Notes: a model not told the origin generated them from the sequence alone. Shown: positions 29,163-42,482, counted from the stretch's first letter. The stretch is DNA of 64,000 bases from a bacterium (GCA_030647205.1 JAUSJO010000002.1:305771-369770), one strand, 5' to 3'. Made by a program: numbers and translations.

Positions 29163-31673
29163 ATGGTATTTATTGTTTTAGGAGGGTGTTTTCTTTTATG
29201 TCTTTCGGGACTGGTGGTTTTGTATTTCTACAAAAAAACTAAGGCGTACAAAAAGCAGGTTGAAAGGTCTCTCAAAATTGTTCCTCTTAAAATAACAGTT
29301 CCCAGAGATCTTGGATCAAAGAATATGCAGGGCCAGACGCGTGACGACAGAGAAGCAGCGAAAGAGATTGTATCCTTTATGGAAACTTTTTATGCCAATC
29401 TCTCCACTATTTATAAAAGGGGTTTTAAGAATATTCACAGAAATTTTTTTTATGGTCAAAGGCACCTATCACTTGAAATTATTGCCAAGGACAGGGAAAT
29501 ATTCTTTTATATGGGGGTTCCGGTAATCTTAGTTGATATGGTTGAGAAAATGCTTTCTTCTCAGTATCCTGAAGCATTGATTGAAGAGTCAGAAGAACTG
29601 AATATTTTTTCCGAGGAATGGAAAGAGGTGGGAGTTTGCGGAGGAGAGCTGAAACTGCTAAAGAAATTTATTTATCCTATTAAAACATATAAAAACATTG
29701 ATTCTGAACCTTTGGAGTCTATAACAAATGCTTTAAGTAGAATGAGCCAAGGAGAGGGAGCAGCTATTCAGATGCTTATTCGCCCGGTCAGTGCAAGGAA
29801 GATGGGAGGTGGCCGCTCTGCCGTAAGAAAGTCACAAAACCAAAAAAACAGAGGTAGTATCGCAGGACAGATTATAGATGCGACACTGACAAACGGTCAA
29901 GGTTCTCAATCCCAAGAGCCGGTAAAACTTACGGCAATGGAAGAAGAGGTAAATAAGGCTATTGAAGAAAAGGCGGGGAAACCAGCATTTGAGACGATTA
30001 TCCGATTTGTTGTTTCAACTCAAACACCACATCGCAGCGAGATGATTTTAGCTGAACTCCAAAGTGCCTTTGCCCAGTTCAACGATCAAAATCTAAATGG
30101 TTTCAAATTTGTGAGAGAAAAAAACGTTGATAAACTTGTAACCGACTATATCTTCCGATTTTTTGAACATAAACTCTTTTCTTTAAATAGCGTTTTAGGA
30201 AATTTTCTCGGCCATAAAAGTATTTTAAATACCGAGGAGCTATCCAGCATATTCCACTTACCTAACTATTTGACGCCGTCCCCCGGTATCAATTGGCTCC
30301 CCGCAAAAATGGTTGAGCTTCCATTAAACATTCCACAAGAAGGAACCGTTATCGGTAAGGCTACATATAGAGGAGAGGAAAAAGTGATCCGAGTTTCAGA
30401 TGTTGATAAAAGAAGGCATGTTTATATCCTTGGACAAACCGGTACAGGTAAGTCAAACCTGATGAAGAACATGATAGTTGATGACATTATGCGGGGGAAA
30501 GGCGTTGCTTATATTGACCCGCATGGTCAGGATTTGGAAGATGTTATCAGTAAGATCCCCAAAGAGAGAGCGGAAGATGTAATAATTTTTGACGCCGGTG
30601 ATATTGAAAGGCCGATGGGGCTCAACATATTTGAGGCGGAAACAACCGAACAGAAAGATCTGGTGACAAACGAAGCGCTGGACATCTTGTATAGTTTGTA
30701 TGACCCTAACCATTCCGGCCAAATATTTGGGCCGCGTTTTGACCACTGGTTTAGGAACGCTGCCTTGACTTTGATGGCTGACCCGGCAGGAGGTACATTT
30801 ATAGAAATTCCAACCTTGTTTACTAACGAGAGGTTTTTAGCGGAAAAGTTAAAACATGTTGAAGACCCGATAGTTAGGAGCTTCTGGGTTGATGAGTTCG
30901 CAAATACATCGCAACAGGTTAAGTCTGAGATGTTAAGCTATTTCATCCCCAAGTTTGGTGCTTTCATGACCAATACCACCATGCGAAATATTATGGGTCA
31001 ACCCATTTCCTCATTAAAGTTGAGAGAGATTATGGATAACAAAAAGATACTGCTTGTAAACCTTTCTAAGGGTAGAATCGGCGAAAAAAACATGAAGCTT
31101 TTAGGAATGATTTTTGTTATAAAGCTTCAGGTGGCGGCTATGTCTAGGGCAGATGTTCCTGAGGATCAGAGACAGGACTTCACTCTTTATGTTGATGAGT
31201 TTCAAAACTTTCTTACTGAGTCATTTGCCCAGATACTTTCCGAGGCGCGAAAGTATAGATTTATCCTTGTTGTTGCGAACCAGTTTGTCGGGCAGTTGAC
31301 TGACGAGATCAGAACGGCCGTTTTTGGTAACGTTGGTACGGTGATGTCGTTCAGGGTTGGCCCCGAAGACGGCGAGTACATGGTAAAACAGTTTGAACCT
31401 GTTTTTAATGTTAACGATATGCTTAATATGGAAAATGGATACGCTGTAATAAGACTGATGATAAACGGATATCCATCCAGACCGTTTATAGTGAATCCTA
31501 CGTGGCCGCCTATAGGTGTGTCTAATCCGAAAGTTGGTGAAGCGATAAAGCAGCTTTCAAGACTTAAATATGCAAAACCAAAAGAAATTGTAGATCAAGA
31601 GGTTTTGAGCCGTATGCCGATACAAAGTGCTGGTTCTCAGGAAGCAAGTTCTGGTGATTTGCCAAGATCATAA
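29163..31673 (+). CDS. membrane-anchored VirD4/TraG/TraD-like (type IV coupling protein / FtsK-HerA superfamily) P-loop ATPase
   Basis: An N-terminal TM helix and a ~330-aa unique domain precede Walker A (ILGQTGTGKSNL), Walker B (LYVDEFQNF), and ANQFVGQL and MSFRVG motifs. Confidence 0.55.
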   Translation: MVFIVLGGCFLLCLSGLVVLYFYKKTKAYKKQVERSLKIVPLKITVPRDLGSKNMQGQTRDDREAAKEIVSFMETFYANLSTIYKRGFKNIHRNFFYGQRHLSLEIIAKDREIFFYMGVPVILVDMVEKMLSSQYPEALIEESEELNIFSEEWKEVGVCGGELKLLKKFIYPIKTYKNIDSEPLESITNALSRMSQGEGAAIQMLIRPVSARKMGGGRSAVRKSQNQKNRGSIAGQIIDATLTNGQGSQSQEPVKLTAMEEEVNKAIEEKAGKPAFETIIRFVVSTQTPHRSEMILAELQSAFAQFNDQNLNGFKFVREKNVDKLVTDYIFRFFEHKLFSLNSVLGNFLGHKSILNTEELSSIFHLPNYLTPSPGINWLPAKMVELPLNIPQEGTVIGKATYRGEEKVIRVSDVDKRRHVYILGQTGTGKSNLMKNMIVDDIMRGKGVAYIDPHGQDLEDVISKIPKERAEDVIIFDAGDIERPMGLNIFEAETTEQKDLVTNEALDILYSLYDPNHSGQIFGPRFDHWFRNAALTLMADPAGGTFIEIPTLFTNERFLAEKLKHVEDPIVRSFWVDEFANTSQQVKSEMLSYFIPKFGAFMTNTTMRNIMGQPISSLKLREIMDNKKILLVNLSKGRIGEKNMKLLGMIFVIKLQVAAMSRADVPEDQRQDFTLYVDEFQNFLTESFAQILSEARKYRFILVVANQFVGQLTDEIRTAVFGNVGTVMSFRVGPEDGEYMVKQFEPVFNVNDMLNMENGYAVIRLMINGYPSRPFIVNPTWPPIGVSNPKVGEAIKQLSRLKYAKPKEIVDQEVLSRMPIQSAGSQEASSGDLPRS

Positions 31674-31826
31674 ATATTGATATTTTCTTTTGTTTTTGTG
31701 CTTTATCCGTGGTAAAATATAGACAGTCCAAGAGGGCTAAATTTTCAAAAAATCTCTCATAGATTAGGGGTGGTTGTAGAACCAAAAAAGACCTTTATAT
31801 AGGTAAAATAGTTGATTTCTGAATAA

Positions 31827-33917
<2,091 letters not shown>

Positions 33918-33930
33918 GGAGTCATAAAAA

Positions 33931-34461
33931 ATGAAAGAATTTACTAACACGCTAGAAGATTTTCAAGAGGAAGGAGTCAAAATGCCAAAAGAACAAGGAA
34001 TACATAAAGTCTCTGTTGAGGAAAACATTGATGAATTATTTGCACTTGACTCAAAAGTTGCGGAAGCCAGTCCGCATTTATTGCCGCTAGAAACACCAGA
34101 AGAACTATCGGATTTCTTAACAAAAGAGCATCAAAGTGATACGTATATTTTCAATAATGAGGAAGGGTTAGCCGGCTATCTTTCAGTAATAGACATCCCT
34201 GATGAGAATGCCCTTGAAGTTTTGAATATAGGAGTTGATCCAAAATTTCAAGGCGAGGGTTATGGAAAAAAGATGATGCTTTTTGCTGAAGAGATTGCGA
34301 AAGAAAACAAAAAACAAAAAATGAAGTTGGTTACGAATGTTAAAAATGATCCAGCTGTTCAGTTTTATAAAAGACTTGGTTATGCTGTTATCAAAGAAGC
34401 AGAAAATTATTACGGTGATGGCGAGACAAGATATATATTAGAAAAGAATTTGGACGTATAA
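33931..34461 (+). CDS. GNAT family N-acetyltransferase
   Basis: The acetyl-CoA binding motif [17 protein letters not shown] is present. It sits between gyrB and gyrA. Confidence 0.7.
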   Translation: MKEFTNTLEDFQEEGVKMPKEQGIHKVSVEENIDELFALDSKVAEASPHLLPLETPEELSDFLTKEHQSDTYIFNNEEGLAGYLSVIDIPDENALEVLNIGVDPKFQGEGYGKKMMLFAEEIAKENKKQKMKLVTNVKNDPAVQFYKRLGYAVIKEAENYYGDGETRYILEKNLDV

Positions 34462-34463
34462 AA

Positions 34464-37229
34464 ATGGCAGACGAAGAAATAAGAGATTTAAATCAAATAG
34501 GAAAAATTGAGGCTCGTGACATCAACGATGAAATGCAGGAGAGCTTTCTTAGCTATGCGATGAGTGTTATTGTTGCTCGAGCACTTCCTGATGTCCGCGA
34601 TGGTATGAAGCCGGTACACAGAAGGATCCTCTATGCGATGGATAAGCTTGGGGTCCGCTCAACGGCTAGATACAAAAAATCAGCAAACATAGTCGGTGAA
34701 GTTTTGGGTAAATATCACCCTCATGGTGATACGGCCGTGTATGAAACCATGGTGAGAATGGCTCAGGAGTGGACATTTAGGTACATGCTCGTTGATGGTC
34801 AGGGAAACTTCGGTTCTATGGATGGCGACTCTGCAGCTGCTTATCGTTATACAGAAGCCAAGATGACGAAGATTTCCGAAGAGCTTTTAGCGGATATCGA
34901 TAAAGATACAATCGATTTTGTGCCGAACTACGACGGTTCGCTGAAAGAGCCGCAAGTATTGCCGGCAAAACTACCAAATCTGCTCTTGAACGGTCAGATT
35001 GGTATTGCTGTTGGTATGGCAACCTCTATCCCGCCGCACAACCTAAACGAACTAGTCGATGCTGTTGGTGAGCTTATAGATAATCCGGATGCAACGATCG
35101 AAGACTTGATCCAGCATGTTAAGGGTCCTGACTTCCCGACAGGTGGTATTATTTACAATACTGATGATATAAAGAACGCCTACGCTACGGGTCGCGGAAA
35201 GATTGTCATTCGCGCCGTTGCCGAGATTGAAGAAAAGAAGAAGGGCGGCTTTAGAATAGTCGTCACTGAGGTGCCATATCAGGTAAACAAGGCAACTTTG
35301 ATTGAAAAAATCGCCGATTTAGTGAAGGAAAAGAGGATACTAGGTATCAGTGATCTTCGGGATGAGTCTGACAGAAATGGTGTCAGGATTGTGGTTGAGC
35401 TTAAAAGGGATGCCCATCCAAACAAGATTTTAAACCAGCTTTTCAAGAAGACGCAGTTGCAGTCGTCTTTCCATGTCAACATGATTGCTCTTGTTGATGG
35501 TCTCCAGCCGAGAATCCTGACGTTGAAAAACGTACTAGAAGAGTTTATAAAACATAGATTTCAAGTTGTTACTCGAAGGACAGAGTTCGAACTTGCTAAG
35601 GCTAAGGCGCGAGCACATATCTTAGAAGGACTTCTTATCGCCTTAAAGAGAATTGATGAAGTTATTGAGACTATCAAAAAGTCGAAGGATAAGGATGTTG
35701 CCAGGGTTAACCTGATGAAGAAATTCAAACTGACGGAAATCCAAGCCCAAGCAATTCTAGATATGAGACTTCAGCAGCTTGCCGGTCTTGAGAGACAGAA
35801 AATCCAAGATGAATATGATGCCCTCCAGAAGCTAATCGCGGAGCTTGAAGATATCCTTGCTCATCCAAAGAAAATTTATGGAATTATCAAAGATGAACTT
35901 GCCGAAATGAAAGAAAAGTATGGTGACGAGAGAAGGACACAGGTGGTAAAAACCGGCATTGGCGACTTTTCCGACAAAGACCTTATTCCGAATGAAGAAG
36001 TGATCGTAACGATGACTAAGGGCAACTACATAAAGAGTATCCCCGTTTCCACTTATCGCGTCCAACAGCGCGGAGGCAAGGGCGTGGTTGGCATGAAAAC
36101 CAAAGAAGAAGACCTTGTAACCCACATGATATTTACAAAGAATCATGATAATATTTTGTTCTTCACAAACAAAGGTCGAGTATTCCAGACGCTTGTGTAT
36201 GAGCTGCCAGTAGCTTCTCGAATAGCCAAGGGTCAGCCGATAGTAAATGTCCTCCAACTGGCACCAGAAGAGGTTGTGACGGCTATTATCAATGTTCCTG
36301 ACCAGAAAGAGAACAAATATCTGATGATGGCGACAAAGAAAGGAACCATAAAGAAAACTCCACTGGATAGCTTCTTGAATATCAGAAAAACGGGTATTAT
36401 CGCCATTGGTCTTGATAAAAATGATGAACTCAAATGGGTAAAAATGACAGATGGCGCAAGCGATATAATACTTGCAACCAAGAATTCATTGGCTATCAGA
36501 TTTAATGAAAAAGATGTCCGTCCGATGGGCAGATCAGCTCGCGGAGTACGCGGAATCAGACTAAAATCAGACGATGAAGTAGTCGGAATGGATCCGATAG
36601 TTCCAGACGGAGAGTTGCTGGTTGTTATGGAAAATGGATATGGAAAGAGAACAAAGCTTGAGCAGTTTACTTCACATAGGCGGGGCGGTATTGGTATAAA
36701 AGCTGGCGTTGTAACAAAGAAAACCGGACGAACAGTTGATGTTCGGGTGATCTCGGGCGACAACAATGATCTAGTTGTAGTTTCCAGAAATGGGGTTATT
36801 ATCAGAACGCCGCTCGCTAAAATTTCAAAGATCGGTCGCGCGACTCAAGGTGTCAGAATTATGAGAATTGATGAAAGCGATAGGGTTGCGTCAGTGGCTT
36901 GTATCGAAGAAAGAGAAGAAGAAAGCAACCAGCAAGAGATTCCTCTAGACATAGATTCTACTCCAAAGACAGAAAGACAAGACCCAAAAAATGATAAATC
37001 AGAGCAAAAAGAAATTGTCAAAACTGTGACAAAAAAAGAGCCGACTTCTCAAAAACCTGTAGCTCAAAAAAGTCCAAAAGTGAAAACTGCGACTCCAAAA
37101 ACTATCACTAAAAAAACGGCTAAATCAGATGTTGCTTTCAAGAAAACGGCTGTAAAATCTACTGTCAAAAAGAGTAAAGATTCGGCCGCTGGTTTCAAAA
37201 GAACTCAAGTGAAACCCAAGAAAAAATAA
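34464..37229 (+). CDS. gyrA: DNA gyrase subunit A with ~110-aa Lys/Thr/Ser-rich C-terminal extension
   Basis: The catalytic region ([28 protein letters not shown]…) is followed by GyrA-box-type beta-pinwheel repeats. The tail reads [27 protein letters not shown]…KPKKK. Confidence 0.92.
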   Translation: MADEEIRDLNQIGKIEARDINDEMQESFLSYAMSVIVARALPDVRDGMKPVHRRILYAMDKLGVRSTARYKKSANIVGEVLGKYHPHGDTAVYETMVRMAQEWTFRYMLVDGQGNFGSMDGDSAAAYRYTEAKMTKISEELLADIDKDTIDFVPNYDGSLKEPQVLPAKLPNLLLNGQIGIAVGMATSIPPHNLNELVDAVGELIDNPDATIEDLIQHVKGPDFPTGGIIYNTDDIKNAYATGRGKIVIRAVAEIEEKKKGGFRIVVTEVPYQVNKATLIEKIADLVKEKRILGISDLRDESDRNGVRIVVELKRDAHPNKILNQLFKKTQLQSSFHVNMIALVDGLQPRILTLKNVLEEFIKHRFQVVTRRTEFELAKAKARAHILEGLLIALKRIDEVIETIKKSKDKDVARVNLMKKFKLTEIQAQAILDMRLQQLAGLERQKIQDEYDALQKLIAELEDILAHPKKIYGIIKDELAEMKEKYGDERRTQVVKTGIGDFSDKDLIPNEEVIVTMTKGNYIKSIPVSTYRVQQRGGKGVVGMKTKEEDLVTHMIFTKNHDNILFFTNKGRVFQTLVYELPVASRIAKGQPIVNVLQLAPEEVVTAIINVPDQKENKYLMMATKKGTIKKTPLDSFLNIRKTGIIAIGLDKNDELKWVKMTDGASDIILATKNSLAIRFNEKDVRPMGRSARGVRGIRLKSDDEVVGMDPIVPDGELLVVMENGYGKRTKLEQFTSHRRGGIGIKAGVVTKKTGRTVDVRVISGDNNDLVVVSRNGVIIRTPLAKISKIGRATQGVRIMRIDESDRVASVACIEEREEESNQQEIPLDIDSTPKTERQDPKNDKSEQKEIVKTVTKKEPTSQKPVAQKSPKVKTATPKTITKKTAKSDVAFKKTAVKSTVKKSKDSAAGFKRTQVKPKKK

Positions 37230-37648
37230 GAATTTTATTGACTTTTTTTCTTAGTAACTTTATCATCGTTATACCTTTACTTCTTTGGGCTAAAAAGTTC
37301 AAGGGAGATGAAAAAACAAAAATCAAAAGCAGGAAAAAATAAGAAATATTTGGAAAGTGAAGCTATGCTCTATGGGGGCGCCGATACAGTTACGGTAAGC
37401 AGATGGTCACAGGTGTCTATGGGGCGGTACGAAATATTTTGCTTTAACATAAGCACATTTCGTCAAGCTAGTGGTGAAACCGATCACGTTTCCTCGAGTT
37501 TAATTTGTCTTTTTTGACACAAGAATTATTCTGGAGGGAGGGTGATCGGTTTTAGTTTTGGCTAAAAACGAGTTTCCAAATATCGTTCTAACAACTTTAT
37601 AAATAACAAAAGAAAATCAAAAACCGGAGGGACTAAGAAGAGGAGAAA

Positions 37649-39157
37649 ATGAGTAAACTAATAAATAAATTTAAAAAGAAAGTGGTAGTACTTGCGAGTG
37701 TGATGCTTGTCTTGCAGCCGCTTTTGGGACTGGCAGTTTTGCCGGCAAATACATTGGCTGCAGATCCTTGTATAGGTCTAAACAGCGACGTTGTCATCAA
37801 TGAAGTTTATGTTGATGCTACCGCTGCCAACGATAATGATAGTGAGTTTATTGAACTATACAATAACTCTGCTAGCTCTTGCGTTGATATTAGCGGATGG
37901 AAGATTCAGACTGATGGTGGTGGTGTTGCCGATGCTACATTGCCAGCAAGTACGAAAATATCTGCACAGGGTTATTATTTAATAGCTGATAATGGTTGGG
38001 CGGCTTCTAGAGATAATATGTCATGGCCGCTTGCCGATAATGATGAGTATGAATTAGACCTCAATAATTCAGACGCTGGGATTGCTCTGGTTGATGACTC
38101 TGCGGAGCCAGTTGTAATAGATGCAGTTGGATATGGAACACCGGCTGAAATATGGGGCGGTTTCGAGGGAACGACTCCAATGGCAAATGCTGACGTAGTA
38201 AATCCTAATAGTATTGCGAGGATTCCTGCCGGTACTGATACTGACGAAAATTCAGATGACTTCTTTCCTGGTACTCCAACACCAAAGAGTTCAGATATCG
38301 TTGCGCCGGTTGTTACTGGAGTGGAAGACGAGAAATATTATAGTGATAGTGTAACTCCTGTATTTACCGAAGGAACCGGTACTCTATCTCAAGATGGTGG
38401 TCCGGCAGATCCATTTACAAGCGGAACATCGGTCACTTCAGAAGGATCCTACGTTTTAACTGTAACTGATGCAGCAGGGAATGCGACAACTGTAAATTTC
38501 GTAATTGACACAACTAAGCCGGCATTTACCTCAACAGTTACTCCGAAGATTGCCGGGCCGGGTGTAAAAACAGTTGATATTACAATTACTACGAATGAAC
38601 CGTTAAAATCTCAGGTTGGACCAGAAGGAGCGTATGAACTTATGTTAGTCATCAACGAACCGGGTGGTACTCTGACTACTGTATACCTCAATCATGACAT
38701 AAGCGACCCGACAGGGAAGACATTTACATATGCTTATACAATCCAAACCGCTGGCAAAAAACATGTTTCAATGAACGTTGGTGGAACTAACTTGGCTGGT
38801 CTTGGTAATTTCGGATCTGCAGTAGATGGTTTCGATATTGACAATATTGTTCTCTCGCCGGTAGTTACTACTCCTACAACTTCTGTAGTTACTGCGGTTG
38901 CGACTGTACCGGTTGATGAGCAGTTTGGTGGTGGTTCTTCTTCTGATCAGGGTGAAGTGAAAGCAGATACAACCATAAAGACAGACGATGGAAGCAAGAC
39001 CGATGATAGCAATCAGCAAAAAGATGATGTAAAGGGTAAAAAGAATATTCCACTTTGGGGTATCATATTCTTACTTATCCTAGCTGGGATTGGCGGTTAC
39101 CTCTTCTACTCACAAAATCCTGATAAGCCTTCCGGTAGATCAAACGGAAAGAAGTAA
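37649..39157 (+). CDS. secreted/surface protein with lamin-tail domain (LTD) and C-terminal membrane anchor
   Basis: A signal peptide is followed by the LTD motif VVINEVYVD…EFIELYNNSASSCVDISGWKIQ. Ser/Thr-rich regions follow, then a C-terminal TM helix (IPLWGIIFLLILAGIGGYLFY). Confidence 0.65.
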   Translation: MSKLINKFKKKVVVLASVMLVLQPLLGLAVLPANTLAADPCIGLNSDVVINEVYVDATAANDNDSEFIELYNNSASSCVDISGWKIQTDGGGVADATLPASTKISAQGYYLIADNGWAASRDNMSWPLADNDEYELDLNNSDAGIALVDDSAEPVVIDAVGYGTPAEIWGGFEGTTPMANADVVNPNSIARIPAGTDTDENSDDFFPGTPTPKSSDIVAPVVTGVEDEKYYSDSVTPVFTEGTGTLSQDGGPADPFTSGTSVTSEGSYVLTVTDAAGNATTVNFVIDTTKPAFTSTVTPKIAGPGVKTVDITITTNEPLKSQVGPEGAYELMLVINEPGGTLTTVYLNHDISDPTGKTFTYAYTIQTAGKKHVSMNVGGTNLAGLGNFGSAVDGFDIDNIVLSPVVTTPTTSVVTAVATVPVDEQFGGGSSSDQGEVKADTTIKTDDGSKTDDSNQQKDDVKGKKNIPLWGIIFLLILAGIGGYLFYSQNPDKPSGRSNGKK

Positions 39158-39174
39158 AGGACAGAAATTCTTCT

Positions 39175-39204
39175 AAAAAAGACCCGAACCATCGGGTCTT
39201 TTTT
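39175..39204 (+). terminator. rho-independent terminator (AAAAAAGACCCGA…TCGGGTCTTTTTT)
   Basis: An A-run, stem and T-run arranged symmetrically, so it can act bidirectionally. Confidence 0.75.
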
Positions 39205-39276
39205 ATCTTTCCAGTGCTAAAATTGAAACTTAAATCTTTACTTGCTGACAGAAGCTTTTTAGCATATAATTTTTAC

Positions 39277-39456
39277 ATGGAAAATGATAAGAAAAAACAA
39301 ACCGAAGATTCTCAAGAAGAAGATGGTCAAGAGCTTTGTCCGAAGTGCGGTAATATCATGGTTGACGAGGGAGGAGACAAGACTTGTTCCAGCTGCTCAG
39401 AGGATATAGATTTTTTTGGCGAGGACGAGGAACCCGATCAAGATCAACCAACTTAA
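39277..39456 (+). CDS. small acidic zinc-ribbon protein (59 aa)
   Basis: Contains CPKCG…CSSC followed by an Asp/Glu-rich tail. A TTGCTG-N17-TATAAT promoter lies upstream at 39237-39264. Confidence 0.4.
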   Translation: MENDKKKQTEDSQEEDGQELCPKCGNIMVDEGGDKTCSSCSEDIDFFGEDEEPDQDQPT

Positions 39457-39504
39457 AAAATAAAGCTTTAGCGCGGGAAGCGAAGCATGTAGATGGAGGG
39501 TAAT

Positions 39505-41154
39505 ATGGATGAAGAGGAAAAATCTTTATTTCATAACAGAATTTTTCAAATTAGCGTCATAGTATTTTGCATTTTGGTTTTAATTGGTCTCATTGGTACA
39601 GTATATTTGTTGGTCTCTAAAAATTCTAAAAATGTTCAGACAAAGAAGGTAGAGAAAGAAATAGACAATCTGAAGGTAGGGTTGTCGGACGATTATACCG
39701 CTGAAGATATAGGGCCAACTAAGAACTATGATCAAAACTCATATATTTTTAGAAACGTTTACGATTCATTAGTTTCATATAGCGAAGATGGAAAGCTGAT
39801 GCCCGATCTTGCAACCAGCTGGACAAATCCAGATGATACTACATGGAGATTTGTTTTAAGGAAAGATGTAAAGTTTTCCGATGGCAAAGATTTCACTGCG
39901 GATGACGTGAGATATACATTCGATGCCATAAAAGCTGATAAAGAAAGTCAGCTGAATGATTATTTCTCCGAAATAACAGAGGTGAATGCGGTGAGTTCGG
40001 ATGAAGTTGAAATAAGAACAGCGAGTCCGGCTCCTTACCTTATATCTAAACTATCCTATCTCCTGATAGTCCCAAATGGCTCAAAGAATATAACGTTGGC
40101 GAATACACCGGGGACTGGGCCGTTTACCTATAATAATCAGGAGACCGTCAGTAAAAAACAGTTGGTTTTAAGTAGAAACAAAAGTTACTGGGGAGATAAG
40201 CCAAAAGTTGGAAAAGTCACAATCTCAATTTATCCCGAGGATGAGGATGAGAAGCAGAAGATTGAAGATTTCAAGCAGGGGAAAACACAGATCATTGACA
40301 CGCGCTTGAAGGAAAGTGTAGAGGCGATGTCTGGTGCTGCCAATGTAAAAAATTTATTTGTTAACGAGAACGCGGTCTATTATTTGATATTAAATAATAA
40401 CGAAAAAGCTCAGGAGTATGTTAGCGTTTCTCCAAACCCTCTTAAAGATAAACGAGTGAGGTTGGCTATGTGGGAGGCCCTTGATACAGATGGTCTGATA
40501 AAAGAAACCATGAATGGCATAGCGGTGCCTGCAGACCAGGTAGTCACAAAACAAACATTTGGCTTTAACCCGGGCATTAAAAGGCCTGAATACAACTTGG
40601 ACGATGCAAAGAAAATAATGGAGGAAAGCGGTAACGAAAAGGGGTTCAAGCTGAAGCTTTTAATCGGTGGCAGTAGGAAGGATGTTGGTGAATATATTCA
40701 AAAGTCATGGAAAAATATTGGTATTGATGTTGAGCTAGAGATACAGCCAGAATCCGATTATTTAGATAAGTTTATGGCTCATGATTTTGGAGTTGGTTTT
40801 ATAAGCTGGTCTGAGGACTCGATGGATGGCCAAAATACGCTCCTTACGCTTTTTGGTGATAATGATCAGAATATGGGGTCATTCAAAGACCAGCCATTGG
40901 CAAAAATAATGACAGATCTTTCGGGTGAAACAAACCAGAGAAACAGACAGAAACTTATTCAGGAAGGGCTCAAGATTATTAGGGATGAGGCCCCGGTTAT
41001 TCCTCTCTATTCGAAAAAAATAAACTGGTTTACTGCGGAGGGTGTAGACTGGCAGCCACCAGAAACAATGGATGTATATTTTAGAAACGCTAAAGAAGTT
41101 ACAGAGGTTAAGGTTAAGCCATCGAGTTTCTTTTCTAAACTGAAGTTTTGGTAA
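39505..41154 (+). CDS. ABC-type substrate-binding protein, family 5 (peptide/nickel-type), membrane-anchored
   Basis: GGAGGG RBS is present. A TM anchor is followed by SBP_bac_5-like blocks (LATSWTNPDDTTWRFVLRKDVKFSDGKDFTADDV). Confidence 0.7.
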   Translation: MDEEEKSLFHNRIFQISVIVFCILVLIGLIGTVYLLVSKNSKNVQTKKVEKEIDNLKVGLSDDYTAEDIGPTKNYDQNSYIFRNVYDSLVSYSEDGKLMPDLATSWTNPDDTTWRFVLRKDVKFSDGKDFTADDVRYTFDAIKADKESQLNDYFSEITEVNAVSSDEVEIRTASPAPYLISKLSYLLIVPNGSKNITLANTPGTGPFTYNNQETVSKKQLVLSRNKSYWGDKPKVGKVTISIYPEDEDEKQKIEDFKQGKTQIIDTRLKESVEAMSGAANVKNLFVNENAVYYLILNNNEKAQEYVSVSPNPLKDKRVRLAMWEALDTDGLIKETMNGIAVPADQVVTKQTFGFNPGIKRPEYNLDDAKKIMEESGNEKGFKLKLLIGGSRKDVGEYIQKSWKNIGIDVELEIQPESDYLDKFMAHDFGVGFISWSEDSMDGQNTLLTLFGDNDQNMGSFKDQPLAKIMTDLSGETNQRNRQKLIQEGLKIIRDEAPVIPLYSKKINWFTAEGVDWQPPETMDVYFRNAKEVTEVKVKPSSFFSKLKFW

Positions 41155-41159
41155 AGGAT

Positions 41160-42482
41160 ATGGCTACCTCTAGAGATATTAAGGGGACAAACTGGCTAGT
41201 AGTAATCGCGCTTTGCATTGTGTTTATTTTTTCTAACTTGATATCACTATTTGTTTACAGTCAGATAAAAAACGATCTATATAAAAATAAAGAAGCAGCA
41301 GTGGTGTCTTCCGGCAAAGTTCTCAACCGTTATGTAATAGATACTTACGAGCTCTACTTTAACTCAGGAACTTTGAAATTTCAGGAGGTCATGGATAATA
41401 TAAATGATCTCAATAATGATTTTTTTAGTTTTCAGATTATTACAGTTGATGGAAATATCCTTTTTGATTCTCAGTTTAATGATATAAAAAATAATGACAA
41501 ATTCAACAAGTCGGATCTTGACTCAAATGTTTTAGGCTCTACCGGAGTATACGTTAAAAACAAAGGAAGTCGGATCAGTTATATTGTCATTCCTCATATC
41601 GATGATTGGGGCAACCATAAATATTCAGTTAAGTATGTTGTCAATTACCAAGATGTTAATGAAAAGCTGGATAGGTATCTCATTACACTTTTTATTATTA
41701 CCGCAGGTGTGAATATTATAGCGGTGTTTGTTCTGGCCCTTTTTTCTTACAATGAAAAATATAGACTAGAGAAGGCACGTATCAATGACCTTTCAAATGT
41801 AAATAGGCTTAAAGATGAATTCATGACTTTAGTTTCTCATAATCTAAGGACACCACTCTCTGTGATAAAGGGATATATGTCATTTATTTCTGACCCAAAG
41901 ACTCCCAAGGGTGAGCTCAAAGATGACATTAACGAGATGGAAGAGGGAGTGCAGAGGTTTTCTTCATTAGTCGAGGACATCGTATTTGCAACTAGCATCC
42001 TTAGCGGAGAAGAAAAATTTGCAAATGAGGAGGTAGATTTGGACAAGATGGTTAGGGAAATAAGATTAAGATATGATGACCAGATTAGAACTAAAAAACT
42101 GCAGTTTCACTATACGTTGGAAGGTGGAGGGACATTCGCTGGCGATAAAAAAGCAATTGGTAAGATTTTTGATAACTTGGTTGAGAATGCAGTCAAGTTT
42201 GACGTGGAAAACGGGAGTATAGAGGTAAGGGTAGAAAATAATTCAGAACTCAAAATTGTCGTATCAGATACGGGAGTTGGGATAGACAGTGAAAGGCTGG
42301 ATAGTATCGTTGGTTTCTTCCATCGTGGAAGTGATGTCCTTAACTATAATTTCGAGGGAGAAGGTCTTGGTCTTTATTTGACCAATTTAATTGTAAAACA
42401 TTATAATGGACAAATGCATGTGACAAGTGAGAAAGATAAAGGGTCAACTTTTGAGGTAACTTTAAAGAAAGAGAACAAATGA
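41160..42482 (+). CDS. sensor histidine kinase
   Basis: Two TM segments are followed by the H-box (LVSHNLRTPLSVIKGYMSF) and the N/G boxes (VENAVKF; GLGLYLTNLIV). Confidence 0.8.
   Translation: MATSRDIKGTNWLVVIALCIVFIFSNLISLFVYSQIKNDLYKNKEAAVVSSGKVLNRYVIDTYELYFNSGTLKFQEVMDNINDLNNDFFSFQIITVDGNILFDSQFNDIKNNDKFNKSDLDSNVLGSTGVYVKNKGSRISYIVIPHIDDWGNHKYSVKYVVNYQDVNEKLDRYLITLFIITAGVNIIAVFVLALFSYNEKYRLEKARINDLSNVNRLKDEFMTLVSHNLRTPLSVIKGYMSFISDPKTPKGELKDDINEMEEGVQRFSSLVEDIVFATSILSGEEKFANEEVDLDKMVREIRLRYDDQIRTKKLQFHYTLEGGGTFAGDKKAIGKIFDNLVENAVKFDVENGSIEVRVENNSELKIVVSDTGVGIDSERLDSIVGFFHRGSDVLNYNFEGEGLGLYLTNLIVKHYNGQMHVTSEKDKGSTFEVTLKKENK

Noticed and set aside
31690-31720. Possible DnaA box (TTATCCGTG) upstream of gyrB, hinting at oriC
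   Set aside because: It has three mismatches to TTATCCACA, and there is no cluster of boxes, AT-rich unwinding element, or dnaA/dnaN nearby.
37308-37517. 69-aa ORF in the gyrA-LTD intergenic region
   Set aside because: GGGAG abuts the ATG with no spacer, the product is low-complexity, and the region looks more like structured non-coding DNA.
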